A stretch of 64,000 nt of DNA from an uncultured SAR86 cluster bacterium (GTDB lineage: Bacteria > Pseudomonadota > Gammaproteobacteria > Magnimaribacterales > AG-339-G14), in the NCBI GenBank assembly GCA_902540995.1, contig CACBOY010000006.1:2869-66868 (forward strand), written 5' to 3'. Below, piece after piece: positions 8,757 to 18,008 of the stretch. Numbering within the stretch: position 1 is the stretch's first letter; each line of letters begins with the position of its first letter. A program made the translations under genes and the position numbers. The notes under the pieces were generated by a model. It was not told where the DNA came from. It worked only from the letters and a program-made list of their open reading frames with translations, and ran no database searches.

Positions 8757-10241
8757 TTACGAACTTACTTTTCCTTTTATAAAAAAAGAAAGAGCTATTA
8801 AGACCGCTGCCAAGATCAAATAGTAATAGATCAATTCAGAAAATATCGGGGTCATGCTACTCAAACCGGATTCGGTTGCTTCTCCGCCAAACAATCCAGC
8901 AAGCACTCCTCCTAAGGATGAAGCCAAGAACCACAAACCCATCATCTGGCCAAGATATTTTTTAGGCGAGTATCTGGAAAAAGCAGACAAACCAACTGGC
9001 GATAAAGCCAATTCACCAAAGGTATGCAATAGATAAGTTAAGAGCAGCCATTGGACTCCTACCGGTGCCTCAACCATGGCGTATTGCACTGCATAAAGCA
9101 TCACAATAAAACCCAGTCCCATAAAAATTAACCCAATGGCAAATTTAATAGGCGTATTGGGATTTAAATTTCTTTTCCCTAAAAAGACCCAGAGATAAGC
9201 AAAGAAAGGCGCAAACATCACCACAAAAAGCGGATTTAAAAATTGCGTCCAACTGACAGGCGCTTGAAAAGAACCAAAAGTAAGATTCACATAATCTCTG
9301 GTAAAGATTGATAACGAACCTGCTGACTGATCAAAACCAGACCAAAAGGCAGCAGCTCCCACAAATAACAGTAAAAGCATCAAAACGTTTTTCTTTTCAA
9401 AGCTAGTAAGGCCTGCAAAGAAAAACAAATAACCAAAATAGATAAACGAGATGACAACTAGAAAGTCTCGAAAACGTTCTGCAAAAAATACTGGATCGAT
9501 ACTCCAAAACCCAAGAACTCCTGAGATGACTACTGCTGCAAAAAATAAAACCGTAATGATGGTCCAAAGTCGCAAAGTGCTTCTGCGCCCTTCTGCCATT
9601 TCATTTGGATTTAAGCCGGCAGTTCCAAGCTGACTTCGAAAATAAACAAATTGAATTACGCCAAAAAGCATACCAATGCCTGCAGCACCAAAACCCCAAT
9701 GCCAACCAATACGCTCACCCAAGTAACCACAGACGGCAAACCCAAGCATGCTCCCGATATTGATCGACATGTAAAAAATGGTGAAGCCAGAATCTCTGCG
9801 TTCGTCGTGATCCGCATAAAGCTGTCCTACGATGGAAGATATATTGGGTTTTAAAAGACCGGTACCGATGGCAACAAAGGCCAAGCCCAAGATAAAAGTC
9901 TCTTCCAAAGGAATGGCCAAGGTAAAGTGGCCCAACATGATGATGAGCGCACCATAAAGTACGGCCTTTTGATAGCCCAATAAATTGTCTGCGAGCCAAC
10001 CGCCCGGTAAAGCCAAGAAATAAACCATCCCAGCATAAATGCCATAAATGGCATTGGCTTCAACGTTTGACCAACCCAGTCCAGGATTACCAACCACGCC
10101 AATGGTCATGTAGAGAACCAGTAACCCACGCATGCCGTAATAAGACATTCGCTCCCAGAGCTCAGTAAAGAATAAGGTTCTTAAGCCAATGGGATGACCG
10201 AAGAAATTGCTTTGTGATAGATTAGCTTCTTGTTCAGACAT
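8757..10241 (-). CDS. Proton-dependent oligopeptide transporter (POT/PTR2 family)
   Basis: 494 aa, polytopic, with PTR2 signature FFTELWERMSYYGMRGLLVLYM near the N-terminus. Confidence 0.85.
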   Translation of the reverse strand: MSEQEANLSQSNFFGHPIGLRTLFFTELWERMSYYGMRGLLVLYMTIGVVGNPGLGWSNVEANAIYGIYAGMVYFLALPGGWLADNLLGYQKAVLYGALIIMLGHFTLAIPLEETFILGLAFVAIGTGLLKPNISSIVGQLYADHDERRDSGFTIFYMSINIGSMLGFAVCGYLGERIGWHWGFGAAGIGMLFGVIQFVYFRSQLGTAGLNPNEMAEGRRSTLRLWTIITVLFFAAVVISGVLGFWSIDPVFFAERFRDFLVVISFIYFGYLFFFAGLTSFEKKNVLMLLLLFVGAAAFWSGFDQSAGSLSIFTRDYVNLTFGSFQAPVSWTQFLNPLFVVMFAPFFAYLWVFLGKRNLNPNTPIKFAIGLIFMGLGFIVMLYAVQYAMVEAPVGVQWLLLTYLLHTFGELALSPVGLSAFSRYSPKKYLGQMMGLWFLASSLGGVLAGLFGGEATESGLSSMTPIFSELIYYYLILAAVLIALSFFIKGKVSS

Positions 10242-10244
10242 AAT

Positions 10245-10661
10245 ATGAATTCTACTTTAGATTATAAACCAGCGGGCTTCTTCAGGAGAATGGTTGCCTT
10301 ATTTTATGACTTGATTTTAATCATTGCCCTTTGTGTGGGTCTCACCCTGCTCATTACCTACGCATTAAATACTGAAGTGGAAAGCCCTTTGATGTATTTG
10401 GTATTTTTAGCTTTGGGGGTTGGTTTTTACTGTTACTTTTGGAAAAAAAATAAAGGTCAAACTTTAGGCATGCAAGTTTGGAAAGTTCGCTTGGCTCAAG
10501 ATGACTCTTCTGAGGTTAGTTTTGGGAGAATGGTTTATCGATGTCTATTGGGGCTGATCTTTACTTTGTTATTTGGCTTGAATTATCTGCCGATGCTTTT
10601 TCGAAAGGATAAGAAAACCTTAAACGATATTTTGTCAAAAACGTTTTTAGTAAAAGTCTAA
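10245..10661 (+). CDS. RDD-family membrane protein
   Basis: Small protein with GFFRRMVALFYDLILIIAL followed by two or three TM segments. The ORF track starts at a TTG (10230); I prefer the ATG at 10245, which lies 3 nt from the divergent POT start codon. Confidence 0.5.
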   Translation: MNSTLDYKPAGFFRRMVALFYDLILIIALCVGLTLLITYALNTEVESPLMYLVFLALGVGFYCYFWKKNKGQTLGMQVWKVRLAQDDSSEVSFGRMVYRCLLGLIFTLLFGLNYLPMLFRKDKKTLNDILSKTFLVKV

Positions 10662-11728
10662 ACGCGTCGAATAATTCTTATGCCAAAGTAGAGCAGAATC
10701 AAAGAAGACAACAGAATTCCCCAAAAAGCACTCCAACCTAGAATCAAAGAAATGTTGCCAAAGATTTTAATTAAAAGGTTAAAGCCGAAGGCAATTAAAA
10801 TTCCCAAAACGAAACGATCTACGCTTTTGTTTCTGCCTATGGCTCTAAGTGAAATAGCTAAAGCAAAAATTATGAGACAGAGCAAAGAAATAGGCTCAAG
10901 CATTTTCTTCCAAAATTCATAACCTACTTTGTTACGATCAGCCACCTCGTTGATGGATTGCCAGTAATAATAGTTATCTGTTAAGGACATGTGTTTTAGA
11001 CCTTTCATGGAATAATTCATAGCGAGCTTTGGCGCATCCTCCCAGATGAAATCAGACTTACTGATATCTTCCTTATAGTCTCTTACCTCTTTGATAACCC
11101 ATTCACTTTCAGCAATTTCAATGTCTTTGGAAACGACAATGGTATCGACATTTCCTTTTTCATCGAGATCGTAAATTTTTACTTCCTTGCTGGTGCCTTT
11201 ATCGGTAACTTTTGAGAATCGGTCATTTTTAAATACCCACTGCTCTTTTTGCTCGGAGAGATTTGATGTGGGTTCAAATTTTAAATTATTGGCAGCCTCT
11301 TGAAGATTGGGGATAAAAAATTGCCATGAAACGAGCATTAGTAAAATTCCAAAAATTACTGGTTTCAAAACCGCAAAGATAATTCTTGATAATTTTTTTC
11401 CAGATACCCTTGCTGCTATCAATTCTCCTGAATCTGAAATTGCACCCATACAAATGATTGTCGAGACAATTGCGCTTAATGGAAAAATGTCAAAAACCGC
11501 ATCAACCGAAGTAAAAGCCAGAAAGAGCAGAATCTTATTGAATGAATAAAATTCGCTTAAATCCTCAAATTCATTTAAGAATGAAAGAATCAAATCCAAT
11601 AAAAAAAATATCCCAACCGTTAGAAAAAGAAAGCGCCAGGCATATCTCGTGAAAAGATTGTCTAAAGTATCGCCAAAAATAAGACTATAAAAAGACATAA
11701 AAAACCAAATAGGAAAATACCGTTGCAA
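10658..11728 (-). CDS. lptG: LPS export ABC permease LptG
   Basis: 356 aa with a six-TM YjgP/YjgQ-type layout and a large periplasmic loop. Lies directly downstream of lptF and divergent from pepA, as in E. coli. The start is uncertain (M1 at 11728 or M11 at 11698). Confidence 0.8.
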   Translation of the reverse strand: MQRYFPIWFFMSFYSLIFGDTLDNLFTRYAWRFLFLTVGIFFLLDLILSFLNEFEDLSEFYSFNKILLFLAFTSVDAVFDIFPLSAIVSTIICMGAISDSGELIAARVSGKKLSRIIFAVLKPVIFGILLMLVSWQFFIPNLQEAANNLKFEPTSNLSEQKEQWVFKNDRFSKVTDKGTSKEVKIYDLDEKGNVDTIVVSKDIEIAESEWVIKEVRDYKEDISKSDFIWEDAPKLAMNYSMKGLKHMSLTDNYYYWQSINEVADRNKVGYEFWKKMLEPISLLCLIIFALAISLRAIGRNKSVDRFVLGILIAFGFNLLIKIFGNISLILGWSAFWGILLSSLILLYFGIRIIRRV

Positions 11729-12839
11729 TTAAAAACAACACAAAGAGATTGATCATGAAGTTTCTTGAATATTTTAAGCCACCAAGATTGAAACTAAGGT
11801 TTTGATAGCTTTGATCGAGTGCCAACATGATAGCGGCGATCAAATAAATACCGTGAATACTAAAAAACACAATTGTGGAATTAAGAGAAAAATTACTAAA
11901 GACCTCCTGGGAAAGCGAAAGTCCATAGTAAGACATAAATATGATTAGACCGGAAAGAAAAATATAAAAACGTCCCGAGTCTTTCAACCTCATGGTCAAG
12001 GATGCAGCTATTAAGGCTGAAATGATAAGGATCAACGGCATGGAAGAACGTTTGAGTAATTCGATTCGCTCTAAATCTTTAGCAAAAAACAATTCGTGAA
12101 AATATTTTCTCTTCAAGTCTTCAACATTGAGAATTGGTTTTTTCGGCAAAATTAAAAAGAATTCATCAAAGCTAAAATCCAGTGGCATGGCTTCGGACAA
12201 AATAGAAAATTTACCTGACTCGAAAGATATCCGGTTTTCTTTTTCGTTTAAGGGTTTGGAGATCAATTCGTCAGCAGTTAAGACAAACTCTGAGTCGTTG
12301 GTTTCAAAACTTGAAAAAACATCTTGAAAACCCCTGTCTGAAGCTTCCTTGGCATAAAAAATTGCGTTGAGATCATCAAGGACATTGATCTTTTCGGCTC
12401 CCATTAATTTAAATCTGTCTGAAAATCTTTCTACATCGTTTAAAAAAGCAAGTTTGTTATTTGAAAGCGGAGTGAGATAAAAAGACACTAATGCCACAAA
12501 AAGTGCAAAAAATATCGCTGGGATACAAGAGATTAAAACGACCTTGCGTTTGCCAAGGCCCATTTTGGAAAAAGCCAATAGCTCGTTGTTTTGATCCAGG
12601 CGATAAATGGCAATGATGGTCCCGATAAAAACACTCAACGGAAGCACGACCTCAACAATTTCAGACATGCTGTAAATCGAAACCAGTATTAGGAGTTCAG
12701 GATAAAGTTCACCACTTGAGACTTTTTCAAGATAGACCGTAAACTCATTTAGAAAAAAAACACTAAATAAAACGATTAAGGTTAAAAAACTAATCTTAGT
12801 TACTTGGCCTATTAAATATAATGTAATAATTCTTGGCAT
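11685..12839 (-). CDS. lptF: LPS export ABC permease LptF
   Basis: 384 aa, N-terminus MPRIITLYLIGQVTK resembling the LptF N-terminus, same YjgP/YjgQ topology. Divergent from pepA. Confidence 0.82.
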   Translation of the reverse strand: MPRIITLYLIGQVTKISFLTLIVLFSVFFLNEFTVYLEKVSSGELYPELLILVSIYSMSEIVEVVLPLSVFIGTIIAIYRLDQNNELLAFSKMGLGKRKVVLISCIPAIFFALFVALVSFYLTPLSNNKLAFLNDVERFSDRFKLMGAEKINVLDDLNAIFYAKEASDRGFQDVFSSFETNDSEFVLTADELISKPLNEKENRISFESGKFSILSEAMPLDFSFDEFFLILPKKPILNVEDLKRKYFHELFFAKDLERIELLKRSSMPLILIISALIAASLTMRLKDSGRFYIFLSGLIIFMSYYGLSLSQEVFSNFSLNSTIVFFSIHGIYLIAAIMLALDQSYQNLSFNLGGLKYSRNFMINLFVLFLIATVFSYLVFYVFL

Positions 12840-12901
12840 TGCTATTATATTCTTAGGGTATTATCCCACATGTTTAACAGTAAATTTTGTATGGAGAAGA
12901 A

Positions 12902-14398
12902 ATGAAGAAATTATTAAATCAATCAATATCATCAAATAAAAAGTTAAATTTCAAAAAAGACAAATTTCAGACTTTGATAATAGGTGTAAGCGAAGCCAAA
13001 ACTCTCGATGGCGATTTAAAAGTAATCAATGAAGCCAGCAATGGCACAATAAAAAAACTTATTTCCAGGGAAGAAATTACCGGAAAAATTGGCAATAGCG
13101 TTTATCTACCTGCCATCAGTGGGGTCAATGCGGAAAAATCTTATTTCGTTGGAACCGGTAAAAAAAATAAAAAGATTTCAGAAGTAGACTATTTCAAAAT
13201 TTGCCAATCAATTTCAAGTGCTGCGTTGGCTTCGAAATCTGCTTCGGTAAAAATTATCATTCCTGAAGTTTCTGTAGAAAATAGAGATACCAGTTGGACG
13301 GTTGAAGTTTTGGGTAGACATCTTGAAGCTTCAAGCTATCAATACTTTTTTAAAGGCAAAAAGAATCAACCTAAAAATGTCTTAAAAAAAGTAGAAATAT
13401 TTATGGATTCAAAAAAAGCAGGTCTGTCTGCAGCTCTTAAAAAAGGTCAAATCATTGGTGCGGGCAGCAATTTCAGCAAAGAGCTTGCGAATACCCCTGC
13501 CAACATTTGCACCCCGACACACCTTGCAAATCAAGCACGAGCCTTGTCTAGAACTTTTTCTGCAGTGAAAACCAAAGTTCTCGGTGAAAAAGAAATGAAA
13601 AAATTAGGTATGGACTGCCTCTTGTCGGTTGGTAACGGTAGCGTACAAGAATCAAAGCTAATCATCATGAACTATGCTGGTGGTAAAAAAGATGAACAGC
13701 CGCATGTAATTGTTGGAAAAGGAATTACCTTTGATACTGGAGGGATTAGCATCAAACCTTCGCGTGCAATGGACGAAATGAAATACGACATGTCTGGAGC
13801 TGCTAGTGTCTTGGGTACGATGCGAGCGATAGCAGAAATAAAACCGAAGAAAAATATTATCGGTGTCATTGCCTCAGCTGAAAACATGCCAAGTGGGACT
13901 GCAACTAAGCCAGGCGATGTTGTCAGCACCATGTCAGGTCAAACCGTGGAAATACTCAATACCGATGCCGAAGGTAGATTGGTATTGTGTGACGCACTTA
14001 CTTATGTAGAAAGATTTAAGCCAGCCAGTGTTATAGATATTGCTACCCTAACGGGTGCTGTAATCGTAGCCCTTGGGCACGAAGCTACCGGCGTCATGTC
14101 AAACGATCAAAAATTGGCTGATAAGATTCTTAGCTCGGGAATTGCCAGTGGCGATAAGGCTTGGCAATTGCCTCTCTGGGATGAGTACCAAGGCGGTTTA
14201 AAAAGTAGGTATGCCGATATCGCTAATATAGGTGGTTCAGCCGGCACAATTACGGCTGCTTGTTTTCTTTCAAGATTCACCGAAAAGTACAAGTGGGCAC
14301 ATTTAGATATAGCGGGAACGGCTTATGGAATTGGAGGACAAAAGGTATCCTCCGGAAGACCTGTCCCCCTCTTGTCTGAATATTTACTCACTGCATGA
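12902..14398 (+). CDS. pepA: Leucyl aminopeptidase (M17)
   Basis: M17 signature NTDAEGRLVLCDAL plus VGKGITFDTGG. ATG at 12902 is preceded by a GGAGAAG Shine-Dalgarno sequence; the track's 12887 start is a TTG. Confidence 0.95.
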   Translation: MKKLLNQSISSNKKLNFKKDKFQTLIIGVSEAKTLDGDLKVINEASNGTIKKLISREEITGKIGNSVYLPAISGVNAEKSYFVGTGKKNKKISEVDYFKICQSISSAALASKSASVKIIIPEVSVENRDTSWTVEVLGRHLEASSYQYFFKGKKNQPKNVLKKVEIFMDSKKAGLSAALKKGQIIGAGSNFSKELANTPANICTPTHLANQARALSRTFSAVKTKVLGEKEMKKLGMDCLLSVGNGSVQESKLIIMNYAGGKKDEQPHVIVGKGITFDTGGISIKPSRAMDEMKYDMSGAASVLGTMRAIAEIKPKKNIIGVIASAENMPSGTATKPGDVVSTMSGQTVEILNTDAEGRLVLCDALTYVERFKPASVIDIATLTGAVIVALGHEATGVMSNDQKLADKILSSGIASGDKAWQLPLWDEYQGGLKSRYADIANIGGSAGTITAACFLSRFTEKYKWAHLDIAGTAYGIGGQKVSSGRPVPLLSEYLLTA

Positions 14399-14838
14399 CC
14401 CAAGAAATAAGTTTTATTTCTGCAGGAGAAGATGAAAAAGAAGCCATAAGTTTCTTACTTAAGTTTGTTGAAGAAAAATTTCTAGAACTTGGCTCTTCTC
14501 CTCAGAATAAAATTAATCTGAGGTGCAATGACGCTGCGCAAGCCAATGAACTTGATCAGAAGCTTTGGGAAGACCTTAATGAGGTTTTTTTAGCTCATAA
14601 GATTTCTAACGATGCAAAAATACCCCCTTGTCCTGTAGAAATATCTTACCCAGGCATTAAGGTAAAAAACGATTTTTCAACTTTGATCAATCTAAACCCA
14701 AAGTTACCTCCAGACTATCAGGACTACGATACCGTGTTTCAAATTGTCATTAAAGATAATGCTTCTTTGCAAAATCAAGCAAGAGAAAGCTTCAAACAAT
14801 GTAAAATTGATGGATTGGATCCCACTTACATCAACTAA
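14395..14838 (+). CDS. holC: DNA polymerase III chi subunit
   Basis: 147 aa, sandwiched between pepA and valS (the conserved pepA-holC-valS order). 4-nt overlap with pepA. Confidence 0.75.
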   Translation: MTQEISFISAGEDEKEAISFLLKFVEEKFLELGSSPQNKINLRCNDAAQANELDQKLWEDLNEVFLAHKISNDAKIPPCPVEISYPGIKVKNDFSTLINLNPKLPPDYQDYDTVFQIVIKDNASLQNQARESFKQCKIDGLDPTYIN

Positions 14839-14840
14839 AA

Positions 14841-17573
14841 GTGAAAAAGACTTACAACCCAAAAAATTTAGAAAAAAAATGGTATCGGTTTTGGGAAAAA
14901 TCTGGTTTTTTTAAACCCACTTATAAATCTAAAAAAACATTTTCCATTATGATTCCGCCGCCAAATGTGACGGGTAGCTTGCATATGGGTCATGGGTTTC
15001 AAAATACCTTAATGGATATTATGACGCGGTTAAAAAGAATGCAGCAGTATGATGTCCTATGGCAAGTCGGAACGGACCATGCAGGCATCGCAACACAATT
15101 GGTTGTCGAAAGAAAACTTGAAGGTGAAGGCAAGACAAGAGAATCTCTGGGCAGAAGTAAGTTTGAGAAAGAAATCTGGAAATGGAAAAAGTACTCTGGC
15201 AATACCATTACCAAGCAACTTAGAAGACTGGGTTCTTCAGTGGATTGGTCTTCTGAAAAATTTACTATGGATGCTGACTTCAGCGATGCAGTATCGGAAG
15301 TATTTTGTAAGCTCTACGATGAAGGTCTTATTTACAAAGGATACAGACTCGTTAATTGGGATCCCTCTTTGCAAACTGCATTATCAGATCTTGAAGTTTC
15401 CAATGAAGAAGAAAGTTCTTTCATCTGGAACATCAAGTACGAACACGATTCAGGCTACCTAACAGTAGCAACCACTCGGCCAGAAACTTTATTGGGAGAT
15501 ATGGCTGTTGCCGTAAATCCCAATGACAAAAGATATAAAAAACTTATCGGTAAAACAGTTAAATTGCCTCTAACGGATAGAGAGATACCTGTAATTGCTG
15601 ATGACTATGTTGACATGTCGTTTGGTACCGGTTGTTTGAAAGTAACTCCAGCTCATGACTTCAATGATTTTGAAATAGGCAAACGTCATAAACTCGAGTT
15701 TCTAAATATTTTAAACAAAGACGGAACTTTGAACGAAAACGCTCCTAAGAAATATCAGAATTTAAAAATGCTAGAAGCTAGAAAAATTATCATCGAAGAT
15801 TTAGATCAAGCAAATTTACTGGCAGGAAGTGAAAAGCACAAACTTGCAATTCCTCGTGGCGAAAGAACCGGAGAAATTTTAGAACCCTATTTAACCGAAC
15901 AATGGTATTTGAAAACAAAAAATTTAGCTCAAGAAGCTTCGAAATTGGTTAGAAATGGGAAAGTTCAATTCGTACCAAAAAATTGGGAAAAGACTTTCTT
16001 CAATTGGATGAAGGATATTGAAGATTGGTGCATCAGTCGTCAATTATGGTGGGGACATAGAATTCCGGCTTGGTACGATGAAAATAAAAAAGTTTATGTT
16101 GGAAAGTCCGAAGCAGAAGTAAGAAAGAGAAATAAAGTTTCTGGAACCCTAATGAGGGATGAGGATGTATTGGATACCTGGTTTTCTTCGCAATTGTGGA
16201 CTTTTGCGACCTTAGGTTGGCCGAAAAAAACCAAACAACTTGCAAAATTCCACCCCACTTCCATTTTGGTTACAGGTTTTGACATCATATTTTTTTGGGT
16301 TGCCAGAATGATTATGATTTCCCAAAAATTTCTCAAAGAGCCGCCTTTTAAAAAGGTTTTTATTCACGGATTGGTGAGAGATTCAGAAGGTCAAAAGATG
16401 TCAAAGTCAAAAGGAAACATAATTGATCCAATTGACGTAATTGATGGAATCCCTCTGAAAACTTTAATAGCAAAAAGAACTGAAAACTTAATCGTGCCAA
16501 GTTTGAGAGAGAAAATTGAAAGAGCAACCAAGAAAGAGTTCCCCTCCGGTATACCTTCTTTCGGAACTGATGCGCTTAGGCTTACTTTTGCATCTCTGGC
16601 ATCGGGAAGTAGAGACATAAACTTTGATGTCAAACGAGTCGAAGGCTATAGAAACTTCTGTAACAAGTTATGGAATGCCTCAAGATTTATCAAGCTGCAA
16701 TGCAAAGGATATAAAAAATCAAAGAAATTTAGTGATGATCCAATTGATAAATGGATCAGATCTGAATTTAATAAAAGTCTAGAAAGTTATGTTGATCATA
16801 TCGATAACTCTAGATTCGACTTGGCAACGCAAGTTCTCTACGAATTCATTTGGGAAAAGTTATGCGATTGGTACATAGAGTTCTGCAAAATTAGACTAAA
16901 TGATCAGAGCATTTCCAATGTTGAGAAAGCCCAAATAAAAAATTCGTTGTTAGATATTTTTGAAAAGACACTCAAATTAGCCCATCCCATGATGCCTTTC
17001 ATTACAGAAGAAATTTGGCAATCTTTCAAAGAGACATTCAAAGCAAAAGAAAAGAGCATTATGATTTCGGAGCTTCCGACAAAATATTTAGGAACCTCTA
17101 ACCTGAAAAATATTGAATCTTTGAGATCAGTAATCTCAGGCATTAGAAACATAAGATCCGAAATGCTTATCTCTCCTAAGAAAGATATCACTATCATTGT
17201 CGAAAAAAATAAAAGCATCAAGAAATTACTGGAGCAAAACAAAAACTACTTGCTCAACTTAACAAAAGTTAAAAAAATTGAGTTTTTAAGCAAAAACCTT
17301 CCGCCTTCAGCAATTTCTCTTGTTGACGGCACGAAAATTCATATTCCTCTACAAGGTCTTATTGACCCTCAGTCTGAAATTGAAAGGAATCATAAAAACC
17401 TAGAAAAATTCACTAAGTCTTTTCAAGGCTTAAAAAATCAACTCGATAATAAAAAATTTCTTTTGAATGCTCCAAAAACACTCGTTCAAGAAAGAAAACA
17501 AAATTTAAAAGAAATTTCCCAAAAAATTGTTACTACCGAAAAACACATCAAAATTCTTGAAAAACTAAAGTAA
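14841..17573 (+). CDS. valS: Valyl-tRNA synthetase
   Basis: 910 aa. HIGH-type motif PPPNVTGSLHMGHG, KMSKS motif present, C-terminal coiled coil. GTG start. Confidence 0.97.
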   Translation: MKKTYNPKNLEKKWYRFWEKSGFFKPTYKSKKTFSIMIPPPNVTGSLHMGHGFQNTLMDIMTRLKRMQQYDVLWQVGTDHAGIATQLVVERKLEGEGKTRESLGRSKFEKEIWKWKKYSGNTITKQLRRLGSSVDWSSEKFTMDADFSDAVSEVFCKLYDEGLIYKGYRLVNWDPSLQTALSDLEVSNEEESSFIWNIKYEHDSGYLTVATTRPETLLGDMAVAVNPNDKRYKKLIGKTVKLPLTDREIPVIADDYVDMSFGTGCLKVTPAHDFNDFEIGKRHKLEFLNILNKDGTLNENAPKKYQNLKMLEARKIIIEDLDQANLLAGSEKHKLAIPRGERTGEILEPYLTEQWYLKTKNLAQEASKLVRNGKVQFVPKNWEKTFFNWMKDIEDWCISRQLWWGHRIPAWYDENKKVYVGKSEAEVRKRNKVSGTLMRDEDVLDTWFSSQLWTFATLGWPKKTKQLAKFHPTSILVTGFDIIFFWVARMIMISQKFLKEPPFKKVFIHGLVRDSEGQKMSKSKGNIIDPIDVIDGIPLKTLIAKRTENLIVPSLREKIERATKKEFPSGIPSFGTDALRLTFASLASGSRDINFDVKRVEGYRNFCNKLWNASRFIKLQCKGYKKSKKFSDDPIDKWIRSEFNKSLESYVDHIDNSRFDLATQVLYEFIWEKLCDWYIEFCKIRLNDQSISNVEKAQIKNSLLDIFEKTLKLAHPMMPFITEEIWQSFKETFKAKEKSIMISELPTKYLGTSNLKNIESLRSVISGIRNIRSEMLISPKKDITIIVEKNKSIKKLLEQNKNYLLNLTKVKKIEFLSKNLPPSAISLVDGTKIHIPLQGLIDPQSEIERNHKNLEKFTKSFQGLKNQLDNKKFLLNAPKTLVQERKQNLKEISQKIVTTEKHIKILEKLK

Positions 17574-17609
17574 TTTTTAGCTTCATAACAATAAAGATAT
17601 AATACTTTT

Positions 17610-18008
17610 ATGTGGTTAAGAGGAGCGACTTCATCTTTGCTGGTTTCTTTTTTATTTGCTTTTGCATACTTTTGGTTCGTTGAAAATCAATCTTTTAGCC
17701 AAGCTTTTCAAGAAAACCTTGTATTTTTAACTCTCTTCTTTTTTCTTGGTATCTACACATCCAGCATGATTATTGTTTATGGCAAGCAAATAAAGAGAAG
17801 AATTAGAAGAGAAAAAGGTCAAATCAAGTGGTTTGATCCAAGTAAAGGTTATGGGTTTGTGGAGAGAGATAAAGGCGGAGATTTATTTATTCACTTCGCC
17901 TCGGTAGAAATCAAAGATAGAAAGCTTCTCAAAGAAAGCACCAGAGTCAGTTACGTAGTAACCAATGGTCTCAAGGGACCTCAAGCAAAAGACATAAGAA
18001 TCATCTAA
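17610..18008 (+). CDS. Cold-shock-domain protein with an N-terminal two-TM extension
   Basis: The C-terminal 65 aa form a canonical CSD (GQIKWFDPSKGYGFVERDKGGDLFIHFASV, with RNP1 KGYGFV and RNP2 LFIHF). The N-terminal 60 aa hold two hydrophobic helices and a basic linker KQIKRRIRREK. TATAAT (17598-17603) lies 6 nt before the ATG; no Shine-Dalgarno sequence. Confidence 0.7.
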   Translation: MWLRGATSSLLVSFLFAFAYFWFVENQSFSQAFQENLVFLTLFFFLGIYTSSMIIVYGKQIKRRIRREKGQIKWFDPSKGYGFVERDKGGDLFIHFASVEIKDRKLLKESTRVSYVVTNGLKGPQAKDIRII

